Source: Alphaproteobacteria bacterium
GTDB lineage: Bacteria > Pseudomonadota > Alphaproteobacteria > UBA11073
Assembly: GCA_965246945.1 (NCBI GenBank)
Contig: CBDFFW010000001.1
Location: 1,455,500-1,519,499, forward strand
Reading direction: 5' to 3'
Length of the DNA: 64,000 nt
In this document: piece after piece, positions 1-9,284 of the stretch
How positions within the stretch are numbered: the stretch's first letter is position 1
Layout of the letters: every line of letters starts with the position of its first letter
Translations under genes and position numbers: made by a program
The notes under the pieces: generated by a model
Seen by the model: the letters and a program-made list of their open reading frames with translations, nothing else
Told to the model about the DNA's origin: nothing
Database searches by the model: none

Positions 1-1
1 C

Positions 2-238
2 ACAATTGATGCAATAATCTTCATGGCTCGCTGGGGCGTTATTCACCGCCTGCACAGGCTGGTTCTGCTCATAGTTTTGCAACTGTTGTTGCTGGCGGGT
101 TAATTTCTTTTCCAATTCCAGATATGATTTCAACAAGGCATCGGTGCGGATGCTTTGGGTATTCGCATCCCAAAATTTGGTGGGTATGCCATTTTGTGTT
201 GGCGTGGTTGTTTGATCTTGGGTTAGCAAGTTATCCAT
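2..238 (-). CDS. Phage capsid assembly/scaffolding-like protein (partial, runs off the window start)
   Basis: Not in the ORF track. ATG at 238 preceded by GGAG. Translates MDNLLTQDQ...GIPTKFWDA...LLKSYLELEKKL, matching the P-x-KF...SY-x-ELEKKL motif of podovirus scaffold proteins. Lies directly downstream of the portal. Confidence 0.7.
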   Translation of the reverse strand, partial: MDNLLTQDQTTTPTQNGIPTKFWDANTQSIRTDALLKSYLELEKKLTRQQQQLQNYEQNQPVQAVNNAPASHEDYCINC

Positions 239-260
239 GATGGGCTCCATTATTGGGTGG

Positions 261-1745
261 TTAGTGGGAAATATTTTGGTGTAATAAATTTTCGGGCACG
301 CCGAAATGTTCGGCCAGATATTGTGCAGTGGCCGGAGCATCGATCATTGCTAAAGCTTCAGGGCCGAGGCCAGCGGCCATTTTCAGCCAATCCAGCACAT
401 TTTGCGCATCCCGCAATTTTTGGGCTTGGGCCAGCGGTGCCTGGTAACACAACGTGATATAACGGCCATCGATATGGATATCTGGAATTTCGCCGCGGCG
501 AGCGAGAATGGCCACCACCCGCAATATCAGCGGGGTTAATAACTCTGCCTGCAGACGGCCGTAAATAGCGCCAATCAGGCGGGACATTTCATCACTACGC
601 TGGGTGATTTCCGTTGCGGTCATATTCCGGTCAATCATTTGGCCGAGTTGGTCGACCAATAAAGCGCGGCGAATTTGCTGCCGCAAATCGGTTAACACCA
701 ATTGCGAAACATCGAATTTACCAGGCGCACCAAGCGGTGTAAGCCCAGCCGAGCCAACCGCTTTGGGGATAATCATGCCAGGTTTTAATTGAATAGTAGC
801 TGGGTTTAGTACGCCATCATCATCCGCCTGCCAAATACCGGTAACTGCAATGGAGGCATTTTTTAACACCAGCTCCACCACTTTATTGGCGGTTTTAATA
901 TCTGGCAGCGCTTTCATCACCGGTGAACGGCCATATACTTCGCCAGGGGATTTCAACCAGCGCGCATGGATAAAGGGCGAATGACTGAGCCGCTGCTGCG
1001 CCAAAAATTGTGTACCATTGGGATGATCCAGCAAAATCGCGCTATATTGAAAATAGCTGCGCTCTGGCACAATGACTTCCAGCCATTGGTATTCGTTATC
1101 CGCAGCCAAGCGGGCAAATAATTCTGCGGCTTGCGGGAAGCGCTGCTGCAAGACAATACCAGTGCTGCGCTGGGTGCGGTAAGTGGTATTTAAGCGGCCA
1201 AATGGATCTTCGGCCAAGGTAACATGCGCCAATGGCACGGCATTGAATTGCAGGGCCGATAATTGCCCAGGCTGCGCCTCATCCACCAAAATACTGCCCG
1301 TACCGGCGACCACCAAATCTAAAAAGCATTGATGAATTTCGGTGGCGAAATTGGATTGCATTAAATGCGCATGGATGCGGGCAGTGACATTGGCGAGTTT
1401 ATCGGCAATTTCACCACGTTCATTATCCGGCACATCCATCCCTGGTGCCAAGGCAAACCAGCGCGACCACGGCGGCGCAAGTTGGGCGAGCAAACTGGCA
1501 GCCAGTTGATCGACACCGTCGGCGGCTGTGGCATCATAAATATCTAAATTATTGTAGGCGGCATCAGATGCAAAAACATCGCGATGCGGCAAGGCATAAT
1601 CATAACAATCCTGCCACACCCCTTCCCAACTTTGCCGTGTGGTTTGCGCCGCAGCATAAGCTTGCAAAATTGTTTCTATTTGTGGATCAACCGTTTTACG
1701 GGCCGGCAAATTCACCACATTATTTTTGTGTTTTGTTTTAGCCAT
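261..1745 (-). CDS. Podovirus-type portal / head-to-tail connector protein
   Basis: Motifs W-x-x-CYDYALP, IYDATA, L-x-PP-x-x-RWF, SNF...DLVVAGTG, RW-x-K-x-x-GEVYGRSP and MTATEI-x-x-R typical of T7/BPP-1-like connectors. Start MAKT at 1745 (alternative 1772). Confidence 0.88.
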   Translation of the reverse strand: MAKTKHKNNVVNLPARKTVDPQIETILQAYAAAQTTRQSWEGVWQDCYDYALPHRDVFASDAAYNNLDIYDATAADGVDQLAASLLAQLAPPWSRWFALAPGMDVPDNERGEIADKLANVTARIHAHLMQSNFATEIHQCFLDLVVAGTGSILVDEAQPGQLSALQFNAVPLAHVTLAEDPFGRLNTTYRTQRSTGIVLQQRFPQAAELFARLAADNEYQWLEVIVPERSYFQYSAILLDHPNGTQFLAQQRLSHSPFIHARWLKSPGEVYGRSPVMKALPDIKTANKVVELVLKNASIAVTGIWQADDDGVLNPATIQLKPGMIIPKAVGSAGLTPLGAPGKFDVSQLVLTDLRQQIRRALLVDQLGQMIDRNMTATEITQRSDEMSRLIGAIYGRLQAELLTPLILRVVAILARRGEIPDIHIDGRYITLCYQAPLAQAQKLRDAQNVLDWLKMAAGLGPEALAMIDAPATAQYLAEHFGVPENLLHQNISH

Positions 1746-1775
1746 GATTTTTCTTCGCAGGTTATGGTGCAATGC

Positions 1776-2027
1776 TTATTCGCCGAGCAGCGATTTACGC
1801 GCAGGCACAAAATTGTTAAGATCCAATAAGCCGCGCAGTGAGGTTAAAACTGTGCTACCTAACCCCAAATTGGGATTCACTTTTTTACTTTCTTCAGGCT
1901 GGCTTTTTTCATCTGCGACCGGCGTGGGTGCTGGCGCAACAACTGGTGCGGGCGTTGGCGGTGGTTTCGGCGGCTCATTACCTGTCACCGCGTCCAAAAT
2001 CTGACCGATTGGTAAAACTTTTCCCAT
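1776..2027 (-). CDS. Small Pro-rich phage protein preceding the portal
   Basis: 83 aa, PPKPPPTPAP then STVLTS-x-x-GLL...KSLLGE. This architecture is typical of the small virion gene just upstream of podovirus portals. Confidence 0.6.
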   Translation of the reverse strand: MGKVLPIGQILDAVTGNEPPKPPPTPAPVVAPAPTPVADEKSQPEESKKVNPNLGLGSTVLTSLRGLLDLNNFVPARKSLLGE

Positions 2028-2037
2028 ATCATTTCCT

Positions 2038-2493
2038 TTAAATGTTAAACAGGCGAGTGTCTGAAGTGCTGGCCGGTTGTTGCAACCAGCGATAAAGCTG
2101 CCAAGGTGTCCAAATACGCCAGCGATGGCAGCCGATTAATCGTTTGACCGTTTCAACACAAGTCATCAGCGCCAGGGGTGCTAAATGCTGCCGTGGTATC
2201 GTTTCAGCACATTTAACTGTTAACCCTTGCAGCGCTAACCAAGCCGGCATATTGAAATCCGGCGCTGGTGGCAGAACTCGGCAATCGAGATAACCGGCTA
2301 ATGATTCCAATAACAGCCAATGCGCGCCATCATGCATGAGTGCAAAGCAATGCCGAAAACCACGGCGTAAATTTTTTAGCCACCAAATCTCAGTATGGTC
2401 GCTAAAAATAATCCAGATTTTTGGCTTCTCAGCAGTGCCATAGTCGTTGGAGGCAAGATAAAGCGGTATATTTTCAGTAGCTTTATCGCTCAT
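2038..2493 (-). CDS. Hypothetical protein, possible permuted papain-like enzyme
   Basis: Clean 151 aa ORF overlapping the upstream gene by 4 nt. His-first GFRHCF motif, then TCVETVKR...TPWQLY. Confidence 0.6.
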   Translation of the reverse strand: MSDKATENIPLYLASNDYGTAEKPKIWIIFSDHTEIWWLKNLRRGFRHCFALMHDGAHWLLLESLAGYLDCRVLPPAPDFNMPAWLALQGLTVKCAETIPRQHLAPLALMTCVETVKRLIGCHRWRIWTPWQLYRWLQQPASTSDTRLFNI

Positions 2494-2855
2494 TCCACAA
2501 TTCCTTTGCGGCGGAAATTAAATTCCAGCACATGCATGGCTTGCTGCCACAACATTTCTGCTTTTGTTTCGCGCGGGCGGCGGCCATCTGGCACATAACG
2601 CTTGCGGCCGTAATGCAATAGCACGCGCATATGTTCAATCAGCAATAAGCGTTGACGATACAGACGATCGACTAGGCGAATAATATCCAATGGTTCGCAG
2701 GGCCGCGGCACATCGGCCATACCGGCACGAATTTGTGCACCATCAAGCCGCGCTTGATACGCAGCAATAAACCAAAACCAAGCTTCTTCAGCGTTTTCAA
2801 ACGCTTTGGTATTTTCGGTTGGTGTGGGGCGTTTAAATGGAATAACACGGCTCAT
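2490..2855 (-). CDS. Hypothetical protein, first gene of the phage-like operon
   Basis: 121 aa with AAAGGA RBS upstream. Motifs AEEAWFWF, RPCEP, DRLYR and RRKGIV. Confidence 0.65.
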   Translation of the reverse strand: MSRVIPFKRPTPTENTKAFENAEEAWFWFIAAYQARLDGAQIRAGMADVPRPCEPLDIIRLVDRLYRQRLLLIEHMRVLLHYGRKRYVPDGRRPRETKAEMLWQQAMHVLEFNFRRKGIVE

Positions 2856-3035
2856 ACGCGCAATCCTTTCATGGTTTGCATGTTGAAATTACAGGGTTGT
2901 GTATAGAAAAGATGTGTTCTGAGCGAAGTTTCTCGCCGTGGTTGTGTTATGCCATAAATAATCTTAGCGGTCAACTATTATTGTACATATTTTCCTATGG
3001 ACATAAGATTACTTTCATTACAACGTATTTTGACA

Positions 3036-3683
3036 ATGTTAAGCAATTTGAATATATGGCGTGCACTTGACCGTTTGGCGGAAGCCCAAGGCCTATCGGC
3101 TTCTGGCTTGGCAAAACGCGCGGGGTTGGACCCCACCAGTTTTAATCCCAGCAAGCGGCAAACGGCTGATGGCAAACTGCGCTGGCCGACCACGGAATCT
3201 ATTTCCAAAGTATTGGATGCCACCGGTATCACTTTTGCCGATTTTGTTAGATTGGTAGATGGTACCCAGGGTAATTTGCCTGCCCAGCAACGCGCGCAAA
3301 TTGAATTGCCATTGTTGAAACTAAGTGATGCGCAAGATGCAGAATATTTCACCGCTGAAGGTGTACCGCAAGGTAACCGCTGGGATGTTTATGCTTTAAG
3401 CTGGCTGGGTGAACCGGATGTATATGCCTTGGAAATTACCGGCGAACAATATGCGCCGGTATATCATGATGGTGATATGTTGCTGGTTTCACCCCATGAA
3501 CCAGTGCGTAAAGGCGACCGTGTCGTCGTTGCACTGCCAACTGGCGGTGTTGAATTGCGCCAAGTGCACCGGCAAACCGCCGCGCGTCTGGAATTACGGC
3601 CATTGGCGAGTGACAATGTTGATCTCAATCTCGCCCGCAACGAAATCACCTGGCTGGGTCGCATTATCGGCGTAAATTACTAG
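3036..3683 (+). CDS. XRE-type HTH / S24 LexA-CI-like repressor with degenerate peptidase site
   Basis: N-terminus IWRALDRLA...GLSASGLAKRAGLDPTSFNPSKR...RWPTTESISKVL, followed by an S24-like beta domain (YALEITG...GDRVVV...WLGRII). Confidence 0.85.
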   Translation: MLSNLNIWRALDRLAEAQGLSASGLAKRAGLDPTSFNPSKRQTADGKLRWPTTESISKVLDATGITFADFVRLVDGTQGNLPAQQRAQIELPLLKLSDAQDAEYFTAEGVPQGNRWDVYALSWLGEPDVYALEITGEQYAPVYHDGDMLLVSPHEPVRKGDRVVVALPTGGVELRQVHRQTAARLELRPLASDNVDLNLARNEITWLGRIIGVNY

Positions 3684-3746
3684 TATCTTTTCAACACTAC
3701 TTGCCGTGATTTGATTCCCATGTCATGTAACCTGTAAGAGGTTTAC

Positions 3747-4619
3747 ATGGTTCAGAAAATTGGCGTGATTGGTGCAGGGCAAATGGGCAGCGGGATTGCG
3801 CATGTGGCCGCGTTGAGTGGTTATAGTGTTTTGCTATGTGATGCAAATGCCGAGCAATTGCAAAAAGCCAAGGAAGGTATTGCTAAAAATCTCGACCGGC
3901 AAGTGGCTAAACAAGTGATTGACGCCGCTGGTAAAGATGCCGCGCTCGCCAAAATCGAAACCGTTGGTGATGCCGTGCAATTGAAAGATTGCGATTTAAT
4001 CATTGAGGCGGTGAGCGAAAACGAAGAACTTAAGCGCAAAATTTACAGCGCATTAAAAGGCCAGTTAAAGCCCGAGGCGATTATTTGCTCCAACACCTCT
4101 TCTATTTCGATTACGCGCTTGGCTGCGGCCACAGATCGCCCAGAAAAATTTATGGGCATGCATTTTATGAACCCAGTGCCGGTAATGAAATTGGTTGAAC
4201 TGATTAGCGGGATTGCCACTTCACCGCAAACCCTGCGCACGGTGCAGGAAGTTGCCGAGAAGATGGGCAAAACCACAGCGATGGCGGAAGACTTTCCAGG
4301 TTTTATCGTCAACCGAATTTTGATCCCAATGATTAATGAAGCGGCTTATGTGCTGCAAGAAGGTGTTGGGAATATCACTTCGATTGATCAGGCTATGAAG
4401 CTGGGTACCAATCAACCGATGGGCCCATTAGAGTTAGCTGATTTCATTGGTTTGGATACTTGTTTGGCAATCATGCGTGTGTTGTATGATGGGTTGTCCG
4501 ACACCAAATACCGCCCCTGCCCGCTGCTAATCAAATATGTGGAAGCCGGCTGGCTGGGCCGCAAATCCGGCAAAGGGTTTTACGATTATAGCGGCGAACA
4601 ACCAAAACCAACGCGTTAA
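3747..4619 (+). CDS. hbd: 3-hydroxybutyryl-CoA dehydrogenase
   Basis: [44 protein letters not shown]. Confidence 0.9.
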   Translation: MVQKIGVIGAGQMGSGIAHVAALSGYSVLLCDANAEQLQKAKEGIAKNLDRQVAKQVIDAAGKDAALAKIETVGDAVQLKDCDLIIEAVSENEELKRKIYSALKGQLKPEAIICSNTSSISITRLAAATDRPEKFMGMHFMNPVPVMKLVELISGIATSPQTLRTVQEVAEKMGKTTAMAEDFPGFIVNRILIPMINEAAYVLQEGVGNITSIDQAMKLGTNQPMGPLELADFIGLDTCLAIMRVLYDGLSDTKYRPCPLLIKYVEAGWLGRKSGKGFYDYSGEQPKPTR

Positions 4620-4683
4620 TAAAAATTCTCCAACAAACTTGATTTTCAAGCGGCACTGCGGCACGTTGCCGTAAAGGTTATCG

Positions 4684-5859
4684 ATGGCACAAATTACCGT
4701 TCCCGCACTTGGCGAATCCGTTTCGGAAGCCACAGTTTTAAAATGGCTGAAAAAGGCCGGCGATGCGGTCAAGCGTGATGAAGCACTGGTGGAACTGGAA
4801 ACTGATAAAGTAACAGTGGAAGTGAATGCGTCAGCCGATGGTATGTTGCAAGATATTGTGGCTGCTGAAGGCGCCAATGTCGCGGTCGGCGCTTTGCTAG
4901 GTAATTTAACCGAAGGTGCGGCGGGTGCCGGTGCAGCTAAACCAATGGCAGCGCCAGCTAGCAAAGCAGCAGAACCAGTTAAAGTCGCCGCACCGGCACC
5001 AACTTCTGCACCACAGCCGGGCCCAGCTGGGCGTAAAGCTTTAGATGAAGCTGGCTTGAAAGTGGAAGATGTGGCTGGCAGTGGCAAAGATGGCCGCGTC
5101 ACCAAAGCAGATGTGACTAGTTACCAAGCGCCTACCACTTCAGCTGCTGCACCAAGCGGACCGCGTGAAGAGCGCGTGAAAATGTCGCGCCTGCGTCAAA
5201 GCATCGCCAAGCGTTTGAAAGAAGCGCAAAACACTGCGGCGATGTTGACCACCTTTAACGAGATCGACATGACCACCGCGATGGCGTTGCGCAAGCAATA
5301 TGCGGAGCGTTTTGCCGATCAGCATGGGGTGAAGCTGGGTTTTATGTCTTTTTTCGCAAAAGCAGCAGTTGCAGCTTTGAAAGAATTTCCGGCAGTAAAT
5401 GCTGAAATTCAAGGCGATGAATTGGTTTACAAAAACCATTATGATATTTCGGTGGCGGTTTCTACGCCAGCTGGTTTGGTTGTGCCAGTGGTACGCGATG
5501 CTGATTTGCTGAGTTTTGCAGGGATTGAGCAAAAAATTGTTGAACTGGGCACCAAAGGCCGTGATGGCAAAATTACCATGGAAGAAATGCAAGGCGGCAC
5601 CTTTACCATCACCAATGGTGGTATTTTCGGCTCGCTGCTGTCCACGCCCATTATCAACCCACCGCAATCGGGTATTCTAGGTCTGCACAAAATTCAGGAA
5701 CGCCCAATTGCCCTGAATGGCCAAGTGGTTATTCGCCCAATGATGTATGTAGCATTGTCTTACGACCACCGGATAGTAGATGGCCGCGAAGCCGTGTCAT
5801 TCCTAGTACGCATTAAAGAAAATATGGAAGACCCGCAACGCATGTTGCTAGATATCTAG
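4684..5859 (+). CDS. sucB: 2-oxoglutarate dehydrogenase E2 (dihydrolipoamide succinyltransferase)
   Basis: Lipoyl domain ETDKV, subunit-binding [10 protein letters not shown], catalytic [10 protein letters not shown]. Confidence 0.96.
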   Translation: MAQITVPALGESVSEATVLKWLKKAGDAVKRDEALVELETDKVTVEVNASADGMLQDIVAAEGANVAVGALLGNLTEGAAGAGAAKPMAAPASKAAEPVKVAAPAPTSAPQPGPAGRKALDEAGLKVEDVAGSGKDGRVTKADVTSYQAPTTSAAAPSGPREERVKMSRLRQSIAKRLKEAQNTAAMLTTFNEIDMTTAMALRKQYAERFADQHGVKLGFMSFFAKAAVAALKEFPAVNAEIQGDELVYKNHYDISVAVSTPAGLVVPVVRDADLLSFAGIEQKIVELGTKGRDGKITMEEMQGGTFTITNGGIFGSLLSTPIINPPQSGILGLHKIQERPIALNGQVVIRPMMYVALSYDHRIVDGREAVSFLVRIKENMEDPQRMLLDI

Positions 5860-5865
5860 CCAAGC

Positions 5866-5894
5866 AAAAGGCGGGCCTCAAACCCGCCTTTTTT
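5866..5894. terminator. Bidirectional rho-independent terminator
   Basis: AAAAGGCGGG-cctcaaa-CCCGCCTTTTTT between convergent genes. Confidence 0.85.
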
Positions 5895-5916
5895 AATAAT
5901 GATATGTAATTATTAT

Positions 5917-6453
5917 TTAACGGCGGCCGCCGCGCACCGCTTTGCGGGTATTCGTATGCTTGACGAAAACGGATTTAGCCATCACCGGCTCGTTATCTTC
6001 ACCGAATGGGTGCGGCACCCACACATCGCCAACATCACGGCGATGTGCTTCTTCGTAAGCTGCTTCACAGAAATCTTCAACCTTGGTCACGGCCATGGTC
6101 ATGCGGTTCATCAGCATTACCAATTGATTGCGGGCTGAACCTGTTTGCTGTTCCAATAATTTCTCATACATATTTTGGGCCATCACAAAACCAGCCCGCG
6201 CCTGGCGCACCAAACGATCCAACGCAGGTAAATCTGCCTGCGCATAAGAAAGCGCAGATTTTTTGGCCACACCAAACATCATTCCAGCCACTTTTTGAAA
6301 GCCAGTTAATGATAATTCAACTTTGGCGGCCTTGGTTGTCCGCGCCGCAGCCCCCGTCCGCGCCGGTGTTCGGCTGGCAGGAGTGGGTGAACGCCGGCGG
6401 GCTGTTGTAGCCTGGGCCGCGGCGTAAACATTGTCGTTGGATACGATACTCAT
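5917..6453 (-). CDS. Hypothetical protein with Arg/Ala/Thr-rich N-terminus
   Basis: 178 aa ORF ending at the shared terminator. No recognisable family. Confidence 0.55.
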   Translation of the reverse strand: MSIVSNDNVYAAAQATTARRRSPTPASRTPARTGAAARTTKAAKVELSLTGFQKVAGMMFGVAKKSALSYAQADLPALDRLVRQARAGFVMAQNMYEKLLEQQTGSARNQLVMLMNRMTMAVTKVEDFCEAAYEEAHRRDVGDVWVPHPFGEDNEPVMAKSVFVKHTNTRKAVRGGRR

Positions 6454-6608
6454 GATCTCTTGGGTTTTCCGTTATACTCAAAGATGGGTGTAATGGCAAT
6501 TACTTGCAAGGTGACCTTAGCAAATTTTCTTGACAAAGTTGTGACACAGATAGTAGTGGGCACCAAATTAACTTTTATTTATAAGAATTATACAATTATA
6601 ACAATTGT

Positions 6609-6899
6609 TTATAATGGTATTATTAGTTCAATCTCTTTGGCAGGAATAGTAACCGAAGGAGTTATATCAATATTGAGTTGGTTAAAAAGCGAAATCACAA
6701 ATTCTGCATCTCTTTTCACCATATAATTAACAAGTTCAATTCTTTTTGGCCTGCTCAAGCCGCCCGTGCCGGTTTTGAAGCCAATTAAAGTCGAATAAGC
6801 GATCCCCATGGTGGTCGCAATTTCTTTTTGGAGCGGCGTTGGATACACTACCAAAAAAACATTATAAACACTCCGCAAATCGTCACTTTCAATAATCAT
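6609..6899 (-). CDS. Small putative HTH DNA-binding protein
   Basis: LQKEIATTMGIAYSTLIGFKTG resembles an XRE/Cro helix-turn-helix. AT-rich. Confidence 0.45.
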   Translation of the reverse strand: MIIESDDLRSVYNVFLVVYPTPLQKEIATTMGIAYSTLIGFKTGTGGLSRPKRIELVNYMVKRDAEFVISLFNQLNIDITPSVTIPAKEIELIIPL

Positions 6900-6995
6900 C
6901 GCTATTTCTATTTTGATATTTATAAAACAAGCTGACCGTTAAAAACAATGCTTGCATCACTTGCCAACCGCTCAACGCTGCGGCAGTTTGGGGGC

Positions 6996-8378
6996 ATGAC
7001 TGCTTTCCGCACTGAATCCGACACCATGGGACCGGTTGAAGTACCGGCCGATAAATTATGGGGCGCACAAACCCAACGTTCGACGCAAAATTTCAAAATT
7101 GGCGGCCAGCGCATGCCGGAACCGTTGATCCGCGCACTGGGTATCCAAAAACAGGCAGCCGCAAAAGCCAATAAGGATTTAGGCGAGCTAGATGCGAAAT
7201 TGGCTGACCCCATTATTGCCGCTGCGCAGGAAATTATCGATGGCAAACTGAACGACCATTTCCCGTTGGTGGTCTGGCAAACCGGCTCCGGCACGCAAAC
7301 CAATATGAATGCCAATGAAGTGATTGCCAACCGCGCGGCGCAATTATTGGGCGGGCAGATTGGCGATAAATCGGTGCACCCGAACGATCATGTCAATCGT
7401 GGGCAATCCTCAAATGACAGCTTCCCGACTGCCATGCATATTGCCGCAGCTGAACAAGTGAACCATGCGCTCATTCCAGCGCTGCAAAAAATGCACGCCG
7501 CTTTGGCCGCAAAAGCGCAAGAATTTGCCAGCATCGTCAAAATTGGCCGCACGCATTTGCAGGATGCCGTGCCGCTCACGCTTGGCCAGGAATTTGGCGG
7601 TTATGCCAAGCAAATTGAATATGGTATTGAACGCGTCAAAGCGCCCCTGCCCCGCATATACGAATTGGCGCAGGGCGGCACAGCGGTCGGCTCCGGCTTG
7701 AACGCGGCGAAAGGCTTTGCAGAAGCGTTTGCCAAGGAAGTCGCCCGTATCACCGGCCTCCCCTTTATCACGGCGCCCAATAAGTTTGAGGCGCTGGCTG
7801 CGCATGATGCGCTGGTGGAATTATCGGGCACGCTGAATACACTCGCCGTTTCCTGTATGAAAATTGCCAATGATTTACGGATGCTGGGCTCCGGCCCGCG
7901 CTGCGGGTTTGGCGAGATTATGCTGCCGGAAAATGAACCGGGTTCTTCCATCATGCCGGGCAAGGTTAACCCTACGCAAAGCGAGGCGATGACCATGGTC
8001 TGCGCCCAAGTGATGGGCAACCATGTGGCGGTTAGCATTGCCGGCAGCAATGGCCATTTTGAGCTGAACGTATTTAAGCCAGTGATCATTTACAATGTAT
8101 TGAATAGTATTCGTCTGCTGGCCGATGCCGCCAATAGCATCACCGAAAATTGCATCGTAGGGATTGTCCCCAATTTGCCGCGCATTACCGAACATTTGAA
8201 TAACAGCCTGATGCTGGTTACTGCACTGAATCCGCATATCGGTTATGATAACGCGGCAAAAGTAGCCAAGCTAGCGCATAAAAACGGCTTAACGCTGAAA
8301 GCGGCTGCTATCGAACTCGGCTTACTAACCGCCGCGCAATTCGATGAATGGGTGCGCCCGGAATCAATGGTTACATAG
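6996..8378 (+). CDS. fumC: Class II fumarate hydratase
   Basis: [33 protein letters not shown]. Confidence 0.97.
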   Translation: MTAFRTESDTMGPVEVPADKLWGAQTQRSTQNFKIGGQRMPEPLIRALGIQKQAAAKANKDLGELDAKLADPIIAAAQEIIDGKLNDHFPLVVWQTGSGTQTNMNANEVIANRAAQLLGGQIGDKSVHPNDHVNRGQSSNDSFPTAMHIAAAEQVNHALIPALQKMHAALAAKAQEFASIVKIGRTHLQDAVPLTLGQEFGGYAKQIEYGIERVKAPLPRIYELAQGGTAVGSGLNAAKGFAEAFAKEVARITGLPFITAPNKFEALAAHDALVELSGTLNTLAVSCMKIANDLRMLGSGPRCGFGEIMLPENEPGSSIMPGKVNPTQSEAMTMVCAQVMGNHVAVSIAGSNGHFELNVFKPVIIYNVLNSIRLLADAANSITENCIVGIVPNLPRITEHLNNSLMLVTALNPHIGYDNAAKVAKLAHKNGLTLKAAAIELGLLTAAQFDEWVRPESMVT

Positions 8379-8380
8379 TG

Positions 8381-8394
8381 AACAAAGATTGTTT
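8381..8394 (+). promoter_or_regulatory. Palindromic upstream motif AACAA-aga-TTGTT (copy 1)
   Basis: AACAAAGATTGTTT begins 45 nt before the 8426 start. An identical copy lies 45 nt before the paralog's start. Confidence 0.5.
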
Positions 8395-8425
8395 AGGCAC
8401 CAGTCGGCTACTATAGTTATCAATC

Positions 8426-9145
8426 ATGGCGAGTCTAATTATTACAATTATCAGTATCATACTGGTAGCAATCACGGTCCTGGTTGGGGTTTATTATGGC
8501 GGCCAGGTTTATAATGATTATATGATTAACAGTAAAGCCAACACGCTGATCAATGAATTATCTCAACTTTCTACGGCTGGAAATTTATATATGGCCGATA
8601 ACGGCCAAACATTATATGAACAAGGTAATCAAGGTGTTGACCTTTCCTCTTCTTTTGATACCAACTTAACTAACTACTTTACGCAATTAAATACCATACT
8701 TGGCTATCCAATTATTAGAACAATTAACCAAGGTTGGAATCCGGGTTACAAAAACAAAAATCAATGGGCTTGTCCCAGTCCAACCATCCAATATCACCGG
8801 GGTCTTTGCACAAGCTACAATACGGCAAGTAATTATGTGATTTTTACCGCCGGTAAAATGACGGCTTGTTCAACCATGAATTACATTCCTACAGTCACAT
8901 TTGATGCAAGTGATGAAATAATTAAAATGTGTCAAAAAATCAATAAAAATGTGGTTATTCCAAATACGTTAACCATTGATCCAACTACTCAATTACCGAT
9001 AGAACCAACTAATCTTTTTACTGGTAGCATGGTCGGAAGTTATGCAAATTTTTGTCAGGGTGCAGGTTTTGCAAACATACCTTTCGCCAATGGCTGTTTT
9101 ATTAGTTATGACTTAAAACAAATTGGCATATTTTATAGTAAATAG
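8426..9145 (+). CDS. Leaderless type IV pilin-like protein, paralog 1
   Basis: N-terminal hydrophobic helix SLIITIISIILVAIT..YYGG, amphipathic helix ANTLINELSQL..LYMADNG, globular domain with 6 Cys. Confidence 0.65.
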   Translation: MASLIITIISIILVAITVLVGVYYGGQVYNDYMINSKANTLINELSQLSTAGNLYMADNGQTLYEQGNQGVDLSSSFDTNLTNYFTQLNTILGYPIIRTINQGWNPGYKNKNQWACPSPTIQYHRGLCTSYNTASNYVIFTAGKMTACSTMNYIPTVTFDASDEIIKMCQKINKNVVIPNTLTIDPTTQLPIEPTNLFTGSMVGSYANFCQGAGFANIPFANGCFISYDLKQIGIFYSK

Positions 9146-9239
9146 TTTGATTTTGATTACCTGTTCAACATCATGATAAATAGCGAAATCTAGTAGTGAA
9201 AGGTGTAACACTATCGGCATTATATCGTGGCTGAGATCT

Positions 9240-9253
9240 AACAAAGATTGTTT
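9240..9253 (+). promoter_or_regulatory. Palindromic upstream motif AACAA-aga-TTGTT (copy 2)
   Basis: Identical 14-mer to 8381-8394 at the same spacing from the GTG at 9285. The surrounding intergenic DNA is not conserved. Confidence 0.5.
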
Positions 9254-9284
9254 GAATATTAATTAATTGTTATTCTCAATAGCC

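Noticed and set aside
2856-3035. Alphaproteobacterial LexA box or clear operator in the divergent promoter
   Set aside because: Nearest match is GTTC-N8-GTTT (2916-2931), with wrong spacing. The TAATCTTA/TAAGATTA inverted pair is 37 nt apart in AT-rich DNA. Neither is convincing.
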